From Camelus ferus (lineage: Eukaryota), in contig NC_045707.1 in assembly GCF_009834535.1 (NCBI RefSeq), positions 48,052,001 to 48,116,000 of the forward strand: a DNA stretch of 64,000 bases. Direction: 5' to 3'. Positions 1 to 10,694 of this stretch are shown here, one piece after another; the first letter of the stretch is position 1; every line of letters starts with the position of its first letter. The notes below the pieces were generated by a model. The model ran no database searches, was not told where the DNA came from, and was given only the letters and a program-made list of their open reading frames with translations. The position numbers were made by a program, and so were the translations under genes.

Positions 1-95
1 TTGTTCAATTAGAAAATCCTGGGGCAGGTGACCCCTAGTCCTAAAGAACAGGCTAATCACTGCAGAGACATTGGTTGCCTTTTGCCTTTCGTCAG

Positions 96-141
96 CTGCA
101 AGATTTGCATAAAAATCACTTAAACTGGAATTCAACAAAAG
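96..141 (+). other. Candidate 46-nt exon of an unidentified gene
   Basis: Pyrimidine-rich acceptor ttgccttttgcctttcgtcAG ending at 95; CTAAT branch-like motif upstream; donor AAG|GTATGT at 141/142. Confidence 0.35.
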
Positions 142-210
142 GTATGTTTATGAATTTTTATTCTGAAGTTGAAATACTGAGTTTTTTATTTTTAGACTTC
201 TATGTCGGAT

Positions 211-257
211 AAATACTAAAGCTAAATGAAAATACTAAATCTAAATGAAAATACTAA
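211..257. repeat. 19-bp tandem repeat, ~2.5 copies
   Basis: aaatactaaagctaaatga / aaatactaaatctaaatga / aaatactaa. Confidence 0.85.
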
Positions 258-2598
258 GTCCACTACCTCGTATGATAGAGCTTTTTGATAATTGATTGGA
301 TGTAGAAGGATAGCATATTTTTTTTAGTGGAAATTGAAAGTAGAAACTTTTTAATCTACACAAGTAAGTTAACATGTAGTGGCTTTTAGGGGGTATGGGA
401 TATTCATGTAAACATGTTCATACTGGAAATACGCAATCTAGTTTACTTGAAATCAATTACTTGAAATGAGTAGTCCTGAATAAATTTGGGAATTTATTTT
501 TCCCTGTAATATGAAATTCTGACTTTGTAGACTACACAGTGATACACAGCTAACTGAGCAGGTATTTAGAATACAAAGGTTGTGAACTTTATTGGCAAGC
601 CATCCTTGAAAGTTTGAATTGTAACAACAACATATGGACTACCCTTGCCAATTATTAATGGTTTTACTTTTCAATCTGTCTTTGGAACCTCAGCCCCTCT
701 CCAATTTTTCAAACAAATTTATAGTAAAACAACTGGTATTAATCGTTTTTGCGCAAGTCTCACTCCAGTACGGACTGCATTGACCATTTTCACCAACTGC
801 ATTGCATCTGGTAACTCCTTTGAAGCTGCATAAAGCTTTGCACACTAGATCACTGGGACCTAAGGCAAAGGGAGGGCTTCCAGAGAGTTTAGGAATATCT
901 ATATCTTAGTACCTAAAACTTTTTTTTGTCATCCTTTTCTTGGAGAATCATTCTTAAAGATTCCAACGTTAAGTTTTTTTGTACTTTAAAGAAATTTGGT
1001 GGGAAGTGAATTTAATAAAAATACTTTTAGAATTCAGGTGATGTCTCACATGTAAGGAGCTGTTAAGTTCCCCTTTCAAAGCCTTGCAAACATCCCTGAG
1101 ACCTAAAATCCAGCTGTTTCCTGTGACTTTAACCTTAACATTCCCCAGACAATTGTCTTCAGTATAGTAGCTGTTTGATACATCTTTTCATTGCTTCTGG
1201 GGATGTTTTGCCAAGCTATTTTGATAAAAGCATTTGAGTGTCTGCTTTATACACATGCAGGTGTGTGCCAGGCCTGCACACATAGTCATTTGTTCCAGTT
1301 GTGTACATTTTTTTTTTTAAATAGGGGTGGAATTTAAAGGGCTTTCACACTGCCTGAGTTAAAAGATGGTTTCTTAGAAACCCTTTTAAGAAAGAATGAC
1401 TGCTTTCAATATCTTTAGTTGCCGCTGGCACCAGGGATTTGTAGTTACTGGGAATAAGTTTAGAAATATTACTTTCTGAGTTTTAACAGTTTAAACGTTA
1501 CTTCCTTTTTTTTTTTTTAATATAAATACTAGCTTGCTCTGTAATGCTGAATGAAGCAAGGCTTCAGGTGGATTGTATGACAGAGTTATCCTAGTGCAGA
1601 CAAGATAAATGTGGCTGTTCGCCCTGCAATCTGGAGTGGGAATCACATGTTCTTACCCTAAATTTGCAATATTTCTGTAATAATGGACTTGAAAGGCCAC
1701 CAGAAAATTGCTTTCTGGTACCATTGCACAAATGATTTCCTTAAGTTACTAGAACTCAAATTGCAAGTCATTTTGTATAGGTATTACAGATAATAGAATT
1801 GGCCTTCAAGTTACAGGGAAGCAGTATTCCTGAATATTCTAAGTGTCTAATGACTAAAGGTTTTCAGACTCTCTTTAATCTTAGAACAAATACATCTGCT
1901 ATTTGATGTTTCCTCTGGTGATTCTTAACATTTCTGATCCTCTCCTCTTTGCAGAAGAGAAATAAGATAACTGAAACAGTACTTTGTATATTGAAGTTTA
2001 AAGAGATTTAAACTTTGCATTCTTATTTCAGATGATGTGATAAGATGCTATTGATAAGCTATGTGAGGAGAATTTGTCCATAGTTTTATATACACACAAG
2101 AGACTTCAAAAAGTATATTTGGATTGTCTGAAATGATACATTTCTTGCTTATCTGAAGGTATATGGACTGCAAATAGTTCAGTCTTATCTCTCAGTCTCT
2201 GCAATCCAACTTCCATATATGGCTCCTGCCAAAATATAACAATTGTTTATTTTTCCTATTTGGAATATAACAGTATGAAAAAATATTTCCTATTTTGTAC
2301 TGCTAACCAAACTGAGCTGCTTCATTGAATCCTTAAGTCATTTACATTAATACAGATGTGCCAGAGTAATTCATACAAATCATTTCTGGTTGTTTTTATA
2401 GATCCTTATATTTTCTTCTGAGAATAGCATAAAGTGAAGGAACATAGTTAATCAAGATGTTAAATTCTGTATTTTTAAGAAGTTCCAAACAAGTAAGCCT
2501 TAGCTTGTATTAATAATAAGGATTGACACTATTGCTCAGCAATTTGTGGAGTATAATTGATGGGTTTTTTTAACTGTCATTCTAACTTGTTTTACCAG

Positions 2599-2643
2599 TT
2601 TCTTTTGGTGGTGTTCAGTGTGTTAAACCAGAATAGAAAAATG
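2599..2643 (+). other. Candidate 45-nt exon
   Basis: ttCTAACttgttttaccAG acceptor ending at 2598; donor ATG|GTAAGG at 2643/2644. Confidence 0.35.
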
Positions 2644-4356
2644 GTAAGGCTTCCAGTCATAAGAATCTTAATTTTTTTTTTTTGTAATGCTTTGTCATCT
2701 CTTAGTTGAATTGTCTTACAAGGAATATTTTAGAGTTCAACTTCTGACTTTTATATGAGCCTTTTCATAATTTGTCATTTGAGTGTTGAAGATGCAGTGG
2801 TGTTTTGGGAATTCTGTATAAAGAGTGATAATACTGAGGGAAGAAGTAATTGAATCTAGGCTTAGATGAAAAGAGAAAGGATGGGGAAAAGGAAAAGTGG
2901 GAAGCTTAGCTGAGATGGGGGAATTTAAAGGTTTGATAGTAAAAATGCTGTGGTCATAGGTGTTTATCAAGAGAGGTTTGTGCAACCTGGTCTTTGGCAA
3001 AGAGTTTGGGAAATACTACTGTGGGGATTCTGTAATTCATGAATCTGGGACAAAGTCTGCATTCAGTTTGTTTGTGAACATGCAGATCAAAGAGGTAGTA
3101 CGGTTTATGGCCCATACTAAGTGGAAACTGGGCTTGTGGGAGGAGTGGATGTGAGGCGTAAATAAAGCATACTCCTATAGGTGATTTTTAAAGAAATTCA
3201 AATACAGTGCTTAGTGCCTTTATCTTGGTATTTTTTAAAGGGAAAAGATTTTTTAAGCTGTTTATTAGAAACCATTTGATGATTGTAGCCTCTTTCCTGG
3301 TACCTGTAAGTTGTGAAGGCCATTTGTGACTGCGTTCCTGATGATGGGAGGATAACTGAGTGTAGGCCAGACACCTAACATCACAATAGGGACCACAAGG
3401 CAGGAAAAAACAGTGGCATTAACTGCATTTCTGTATTTGGAGAATATTTCTTCAAACACTAATTATTTCAAACTGTACATTGATAAGATAACTTTTACCC
3501 ATGAGTATACCTGATTTTAACAATTCTCTAGATAGGTCATCTCTGAAGTTATATCATTCTTTTAAAATATTGTTGTGTGTGTGTTCATGTGTGTATGCAA
3601 AAGCATGTGGTACATTTTATAAACAAATGCATATATATTGGGGTATACTTAAAGTTTTATGAAGTGCATGATTAAAAATGTTCAGAGACTGTTTCTTTAA
3701 ATTATCTCTAACGTAGATGACTTTTTCTCAAGAATCAGGTGTGATTATTATGTTCTTTAAGTGATGTCTTAAGAAGCTGTTGTAGCATTCCAGAGAGGGT
3801 TGTCTTGTCTAATTTTTGTTTATTTGCTTGAGTCCTTAATTGTAAAATTAAGACATCTTTCACAGCCAACAGATACCCCAAAATAAGTGCTAATACCAAT
3901 TCAAAGTTCATGTACTCTTATATATTAAATATTGCTATGTATGAAATTACATTTTATGTTCTTAGAAATTTTCCTTTTAAATGTTAGACTCACTATGGTA
4001 ACATTTCATTTATTTGCATAGTTATAAAAGAACTGACTTAACAGTTGTACATCAGTGATTAGATTAACTTTAGCATATGATTTAACCAGAAGTCCCCTGT
4101 ATCTTTTCCCTCTTGTTCTGAGCAATTCCTAGATTTTTAGGAAGGAAAGATTACTAACCAATTGGACTTTACTTGAGAAGATTCTGTATATGGTCATAAG
4201 CTTAAAATGATGGTATTTGGCAATTGCACTGTAAGCAGGATTGAATGCATTTTTCAGTTTTGATTTATGACAATTTTTTCCCCTCAAGTCAATAGATTAA
4301 ATGGAATTGTATTTCCTAGAAATTGCACTTGTGAGCCCTCAAGTTACCAATGCATA

Positions 4357-4546
4357 TTCTTATTTGACCTCCTAACAACTTGAGTGAGTTTGGCAGGTAG
4401 GTGGGTCAGTATTTTTTAATCTTTGTTTTATGGGTAGAAAAGTGAGGTTTAGAGAGGTTAATCTGCACCAAAGCTACATAGCTAGTAAATAGTTAATTCA
4501 TAAGTTTGAACTCATCTTTCTGACCCAAGAATCCAACCTGTTAACT
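4357..4546 (-). mobile_element. MIR SINE (degenerate)
   Basis: Reverse MIR core: gaaaagtgaggtttagagaggttaa...caaagctacatagctagtaaat...tttgaactc. Confidence 0.8.
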
Positions 4547-4709
4547 GTTGGTCTATTGTGTATGACTGATTTACCTCACATTGTTGGAACATGTATATTT
4601 TAACTTCTCATTGCTAGTTGGCCATCTTTGGTCATTTTCAGCCTTGAAATCCTTTTAGTCTTTATGCCTAGGAAGCATAGAATGATCTTAAAGACTAGAC
4701 TTTCTTTAG

Positions 4710-4862
4710 GAGGCAGCTGGGAGTTAGTATAAAGAATACTAGTCTTGGACAGAAGAATGAGTTGGAATCCAAGCCTGTATCAGCTCCAGCTTGTGACTTT
4801 GGACAAGTTGTTTAACCTCTCTGAGCCCATTTGCTTCATATGTAAAACTGGTGATAAAAACA
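4710..4862 (+). mobile_element. MIR SINE
   Basis: cttgtgactttggacaagttgtttaacctctctgagccc...catatgtaaaactggtgataa matches the MIR core. Confidence 0.85.
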
Positions 4863-6209
4863 AGTCTCTTGTCAAAATCAAACATAGGAAAACACCTAGC
4901 AGTGAATGGTGATTCTTGGAAGTTGGATGGATACTCTGTATCATGGAAGCAAATGAAATACAGCAGATGGTGATTTTCTTGGTTTCTTGAAAATCTGATG
5001 ATATCACTGTGATTTTGTTTGGAGTTTCAAACTTTAGCCAATCTTTAGTATGCTTTAGCCAATCACTGCAAGAAAGGTATTTGTGTTTTTGAAATAATAG
5101 AGGAAGGAAAATGAACTGTTCTCCTCTCCACTCCCTTTAAGGGTGAGAATACAGATAACCCAGGCCATGCATATTTATTTTACTTAACACTGTGGTTTTC
5201 AAAGCTATATTCTCCGTAAAGGAGGAAAAAAGAGGGGGTGGAGAGAATTCTTCAGATCTTTTGTCTATATTGAGGACACCTTTAAGTTGAGAGAAGGAGT
5301 GACATTACCAAATGTGTATAGCAAGGCAGCCCCATACAATGCACATTTGCAACCATTATCTTGTTTAATCCTCACAACTCTTTGCTATATAAAGTAAGTT
5401 GACTTTTCCCAGGGTTTGTAGGCCTTCAAGCCATTTGTATTTGGCCGTGTTTTTGCAAGAGAATTTCAAACACAGATTTTCAAACAGAACTCTGGTTCTC
5501 AATCTCTTCTTAATCTAGAGTGGTGTGAATACTTACTTTATTGCAAAATAAAGCAACTTTTTTTACAAATTGTCAGTTAGAATTTGAGTTTCTTATGATG
5601 TAACCTGGTGTAACATTTGCTTGAATCACTAATAACGTAGCTGATTTCTTTTAGTCATAAATGAATCAGCGACTGTAGGTTCTTTTTGGTTTAAACTCAG
5701 GTCCCTTTTTCTATGTGAAGATGTCTTCATTGAATAGCTTGCTGCTAGGTTGTATAACATTGCATACTTCGATGAAGTAGGTACGCAGTCTGCAGAGCTT
5801 CTTGCTGGTTTATTTTGCAAAACTATAGGAGACAAAAGTCCTCAAGAGACTTCATGGGCAAAATTCCTTTAACCGTTTCAGGTCTTGCATCTTAAAGCCT
5901 CTGTGTGGTTCAGGCCCTGCTTGGAGTTGTATGTAGCTTTATAAATTAGTCAATGTGTTCCTGTAAGTTAAAACTGTGATGTAAGAATAAGAGTTTGGAA
6001 CTAATTAAACCAAGGTTTGAGTGGCCAGTGTTGTCAGAACAATTATTCCTTGAGACAGTAGTTATGATTATAGGGTTAGAGATGGAAATTAGATAGTAGC
6101 TCTTTATCAACTCCCAGATTCTTGCATTTTCCTCATTATCCCATCCTTTTAAGCCTCCTGATATCCTTTCTGATGGTTAAAATATGATCAGTGTTTTGTC
6201 CTGTATCTG

Positions 6210-6620
6210 ATACATTTATTGAGCAAATACTTAATGAGTCCCTCTATGTGCCGAGTACTGTGCTAAGCACTGAGGATGTAAAAATGGTCACTGTCTCTGC
6301 CCTCCAGGGGTTTAGAGCCTAGTGGCAGAGAAAGAGTTACCAGACAAATGTGAAAATTGGACCTAAGACATACTAAGGAAAGGAAAATGATTGAGTGGTG
6401 TCCTGAGAGCTGGGACCACTGTAGAAAGGCTTCCCAGAGAAAGGGATACTTGAGCTGAGATCTTAAGGATGGGTAGGGCTTTAAGTGCAGAAGGCAGGGA
6501 AGAGTGTGCAGAGACCTGGCTGGAGAGCATGCTGTGAATGGGAGGGACTGAAGGAAGACCGGTGTGTCTGGAGTGGAGAGGAATTAAGGAAGTGGGCCAA
6601 ATCATGGGTTTTCTAGGTCC
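6210..6620 (-). mobile_element. L2 LINE 3' fragment
   Basis: caaatacttaatgagtccctctatgtgccgagtactgtgctaagcactgaggat...tgccctccagggg is the typical reverse L2 3' end. Confidence 0.8.
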
Positions 6621-7184
6621 AGTGACCATGTAATTTGATCGATAAGTATATCAACCAGACTGTGACTCTTGAGAGTCAAACAGGGTGCTGTTAACCATTA
6701 AACCCAGACTATCAGCAGCAGCCAGAACATACAGTCACCTCACTTTTATAGGTCATGTTGAGACTGTCATCTCTTTGAATAATGGCTGGGCAACCAGCAG
6801 TGCATCTGCTTCCTAGTGAACAGGTCAAGGAGTTAGAACACCCTACCCAGTCCAAAAGGAGCCAAATAGAACTCAGTGCTTTTCAAAACAGCTAGGTTAT
6901 AATTTGTTTTTGTACAGATGTAGATGACTTTCATATTTTACAGGGTTAGCATGGAAGGTTGGGTTTTAGGGTGAACTACTGAGTTAGACGTACTTCCATG
7001 GCATATGAAACAGCACATTTCAAACATATCTTGAGTATTTTTCATATTTTTTTTGTTACAGCACTTGTCATTTTGAAATTTTTTTTAATGGAATTTTTCT
7101 TTTTTTAAGTTTCATTCTGGGTTTACATTTTGAGTGTAAGTACCTCCTGGGCATAACTTTCAAGGTGTGAGCCACTTAAATTTT

Positions 7185-7311
7185 TTCTTTAAATTGATGT
7201 AAAAATGTTACACAGTTAAATATATAGAGTTCAGTGAATTTTACACACCCATGTAATCCACACTCTGATCAAGAGATAGGACATTTCTGCTAGCCCAGAA
7301 AACTCCCTTTT
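7185..7311 (-). mobile_element. Old L1M 3'UTR fragment
   Basis: ttcagtgaattttacacacccatgtaatccacactctgatcaagagataggacatttc...cccagaaaactccctt. Confidence 0.7.
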
Positions 7312-8004
7312 GAGGCACTTAAAATTTGAGAAATATAGTTGTGGAGCCAGGCCTCAAATTAGAAATGAGTTGTTTTCTCTCTCCTTTTATAACTTTGTTT
7401 TTGCTTCCTAAACATGCGGTAACGATTACTTTAAACATGAAGCAAATTGTCACCAGAAAAAATCGTTGCCTTTCAACTAGTTATGATTTAGTGGTTACTA
7501 ATACAGTACATCCCTGTACAATTTGCTATGGCTTTTTAGCCTTTGAAAGTGAGGAGTAAAATTTGAGTCATGTCCCTATCATTGACTCACAAACTTACTA
7601 AGGATTGCCTGGTGCAACTGAGAAAGATTGTGGTAATGCCAAATTTACATAAACCTCCACCCCTTTATTTTAGCCTCATCATGTCAGTCTCTAGTAGACT
7701 TTGCAGATAAGGAGAGGAAACAAGTGTTACACCTGTATATATAACTGAGTCCTAGCCTTGAGTGCTTGCTTCCATCTCAAAATTCTCAACTTCAGTTGCC
7801 AAAGAGCAGTTGGAATATTGACATAAGTTACAGCACAATTAGTTGTGAAATTGATTGAACTCAGAGCTCTGTGTCACTGACTTTAAAGATTCTTGAATGA
7901 AGAGATTGGAAGACTTGTCCTAAAGAGAGTGTTAATGAGTTTGGGATCTACTGAGGAACAGGGAAAGGGGATGATTCATCAGTGATGAAAAAGGGCTTTA
8001 CTCC

Positions 8005-8028
8005 TTTTTTTTTTTTTTTTTTTTTTTT
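8005..8028. repeat. Poly-T tract (24 nt)
   Basis: Read directly. Confidence 0.95.
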
Positions 8029-8038
8029 AATCCTGTAG

Positions 8039-8171
8039 ATCTACTGTTCTGATTTAGAACCTGATCTGGAACCAGATCTTGAATTAACTTTTTTTTCCTG
8101 AGAAGGACAACTTGTTCCTCTTAGCAAAACCTCTGCTGCCAAAGCAATGGTGGCTTGTGATGGTGATGGTG
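8039..8171 (+). other. Candidate 133-nt (probably non-coding) exon
   Basis: T24-aatcctgtAG acceptor ending at 8038; donor GTG|GTGAGT at 8171/8172. Confidence 0.25.
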
Positions 8172-8602
8172 GTGAGTGGCTTAGACATTTCTTTCTCAGG
8201 GCAATGCTACCTAATATTTCAGTACTAGGTGCCTTTTTTTTTCCCCAGCACTACATCCCATTTTAGAAAGAACGGCTACTCAGTGAAAATGTATGGATGG
8301 TTAAAGCCAGATTTGGTTAGGCTTTTCAGTAACCCATTTCCAGTGAGAGAAGCCCCTGCTCTGATTACATATTTGTATTATTAGCAGATTCATTCCTCAT
8401 TTTAAAAGAAGTTTCATGCATTAAGTACAGGACAAATCAATATGGCATTTCATTGTTTTCATGTTGGGGACGATTCTTCCTTCAGTCCTGCCTCAGTCCT
8501 CTTACTGGCAAGCCTTCTAGTAGCACCAGACAGCTTTCGACTCCCTGTTCTGCTTCTCTAAAGATCAGACCTGATGCTGCAGGCACTTCCTGTAGACCTC
8601 CT

Positions 8603-8827
8603 GAGGGCCAGGACTATGCAAAGCACCTGTGTGCATCCCTTCACTGACCTTTCATCACTTTGCATCTACTGTAGGAGTAGACAAATTGTTACTATGGTCA
8701 TCTCTGAACATTGGAAGAGATCATGATACAGCGATGTTATAAAACGTGCCCAAAGTCAGAGCTATGGGACAATTTAAGGCTGAAATTCAGGTTTGTCTGA
8801 GGTCAAGCACCAGCTCCTAACCAATAT
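8603..8827 (-). mobile_element. MIR SINE (highly degenerate)
   Basis: gccaggactatgcaaagcac...tgcccaaagtca...ctgaaattcaggtttgtctga...ctcctaacca. Confidence 0.6.
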
Positions 8828-8852
8828 CACATCCCTGTGCTCTGCTCTCTGA

Positions 8853-8948
8853 TCCTATTGGACTGTAATGGTTTGTATTTATGTCTGGTTTTCCCATTAG
8901 ACAGGAGTCCCATTGGACTGTAATGGTATGTATTTATGTCTGGTTTTC
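8853..8948. repeat. 41-bp direct duplication, 55-bp period
   Basis: tcc(t/c)attggactgtaatggt(t/a)tgtatttatgtctggttttc at 8853-8893 and 8908-8948. Confidence 0.9.
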
Positions 8949-9011
8949 ATCTCAAAGTTGGGAACTCTTGGACTAGAGCTTTGGAAGATGCTACAATTGG
9001 TTATTGTGCTT

Positions 9012-9390
9012 ATCATAAATACTTATTGAGTACCTGCTATGTGCCCAGCATTGTTTAGGCACTTGGAGGTACAGCAGTGAACCGAACAAAAATCCATAGC
9101 CTTAGAGTGGGAGGTAAACGGGCCGGTAAAATATATGATATGTCAGATGGTGTTCGTGCTAAGGAGCAGGTCTGCTGTGTTGGTGCTGTGACTATTGCTC
9201 CAGTTGTGAAACACTGTGGGGGCCCAGCAGAGCAGGTGTGATGTAGGGAAGGGAGTGCTAGGGGGAGGGGCAGGTTGCTATTTTAAGTAGAATAGTCAGG
9301 GAAGGCCTCACTGATAAGGTGAAATTTGAGCAGAAACTTGAAGGAGACCAGAGAAACAGCCTAAGAGCTATCTGGAAAAAGAACATTCCA
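9012..9390 (-). mobile_element. L2 LINE 3' fragment
   Basis: aaatacttattgagtacctgctatgtgcccagcattg...tacagcagtgaac...gtcagggaaggcctcactgataaggtgaaatttgagcag. Confidence 0.85.
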
Positions 9391-10629
9391 TTCAAATAAT
9401 TGAGTGAATTCCAAAATCCTTCTAGGCTCATTTGTCCTTAAATACATAATTGTAACTTGGCATTCTTGGACACTGTTATAAATCTGGTTTATGGCAGTTT
9501 TTTTCTGACCACTTTTTACTTGATTTTCTGGTGGTGCATACCACAGAAATCAGCACAACTTTTATTACTGGAAAATCTAGATGGATTTTATTTATTTGTT
9601 TTCTCCTCTCCATTTTAGAGAGAATTGCAAATCATAATAAACAGGCTGATAAGAAGACCTGAATTTTCGACCAAAAAAAATATGATATCTTCAAGCTGTC
9701 TATAATAAATATGAAATAAGAACTGATGTTCAGTTTGATACAGCAAGGTGCTCAATATTTTGTTAGGATGTTTAGCAAGGCAAGGTAACAGACAAGCACT
9801 GAAAACAGAAAGGGTTTTCTTGTTGACAGATAACTGGAAAATTCAGTTACCCAAAATGCCTATTTCTTACAGAATCTGAGATTATAGTACAGAGTTGTTA
9901 TCATTTAGAGCCCCTGACCTTCCATATATGAGACAAGACAAATCCAAGGGTAACAGTACCTTCATCATACAGTCACTCCAAAATCATGAACTGCTTACTC
10001 TTTAAGGTGCTGGCAGGTATCTGGCCTGTTCTTGAGTTACAGAAAGTTCCTGGGGTTGGGATACAAGAATGGATATTTGCCTTGTCAAAGATGAATGAAA
10101 CATACTTTCTCAAACATGTTTCACCATGAATTCTACCCTATCCATGCTCCCAGCCCAAGAAGTAAGAATATCTGCTTTCAAACAGTTTAAAACTTGCTGT
10201 ATTCTTCCAGTCTAGGTGGTCTTCCTTTTGCTGCATAAAAATTGGAGAAGTACTTGAGGCATTTTAAGGTTGAGTCCAGATCACTCAGATATTCTCTCTC
10301 ATCTGAGAGTCCAAGCAAAGCTAAAAAGCAGAAATCTCAGTTTCTGGGTTTAAGAAAGGATCCCTTTGAAAGCTCCCATTTATTAACCAGGTAACTGTGG
10401 CCATTTGACTAAAGATAGTGGGATGAGATTGTGGAGAAAGGTGAAGAGAATGAATTTGAAAAGGAAAATACACTTTGGAAAGCAATGGTGATATTATATA
10501 GAATTTCATGCAGAACTAAATATTTTATCCAAAACAAATGTTTACCAAAGATGCCATGGGTCAAGTAAGTGGACTCCTAAACCTCAGACCTGTTCTTGTA
10601 TGATGTTGACCAATCCTACACTGTCTAAT

Positions 10630-10694
10630 TATATATATAATTTTATACACACACACACACATATATATATATATACGTATATATGCATATATAC
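10630..10694. repeat. Compound (TA)n/(CA)n microsatellite
   Basis: Read directly. Confidence 0.9.

Noticed and set aside
263..269. let-7 seed match CTACCTC
   Set aside because: A single 7-mer is expected by chance, and 3'UTR status is not established
2031..2131. Possible C/D box snoRNA (atgatg...ctga)
   Set aside because: Box C is not RTGATGA and there is no terminal stem
2730..3160. Possible L2 internal fragment (purine-rich)
   Set aside because: Too diverged to support by eye
5701..5780. Further exon candidate (ctcAG...tag|GTACGC)
   Set aside because: Weaker donor and pyrimidine tract; no independent support
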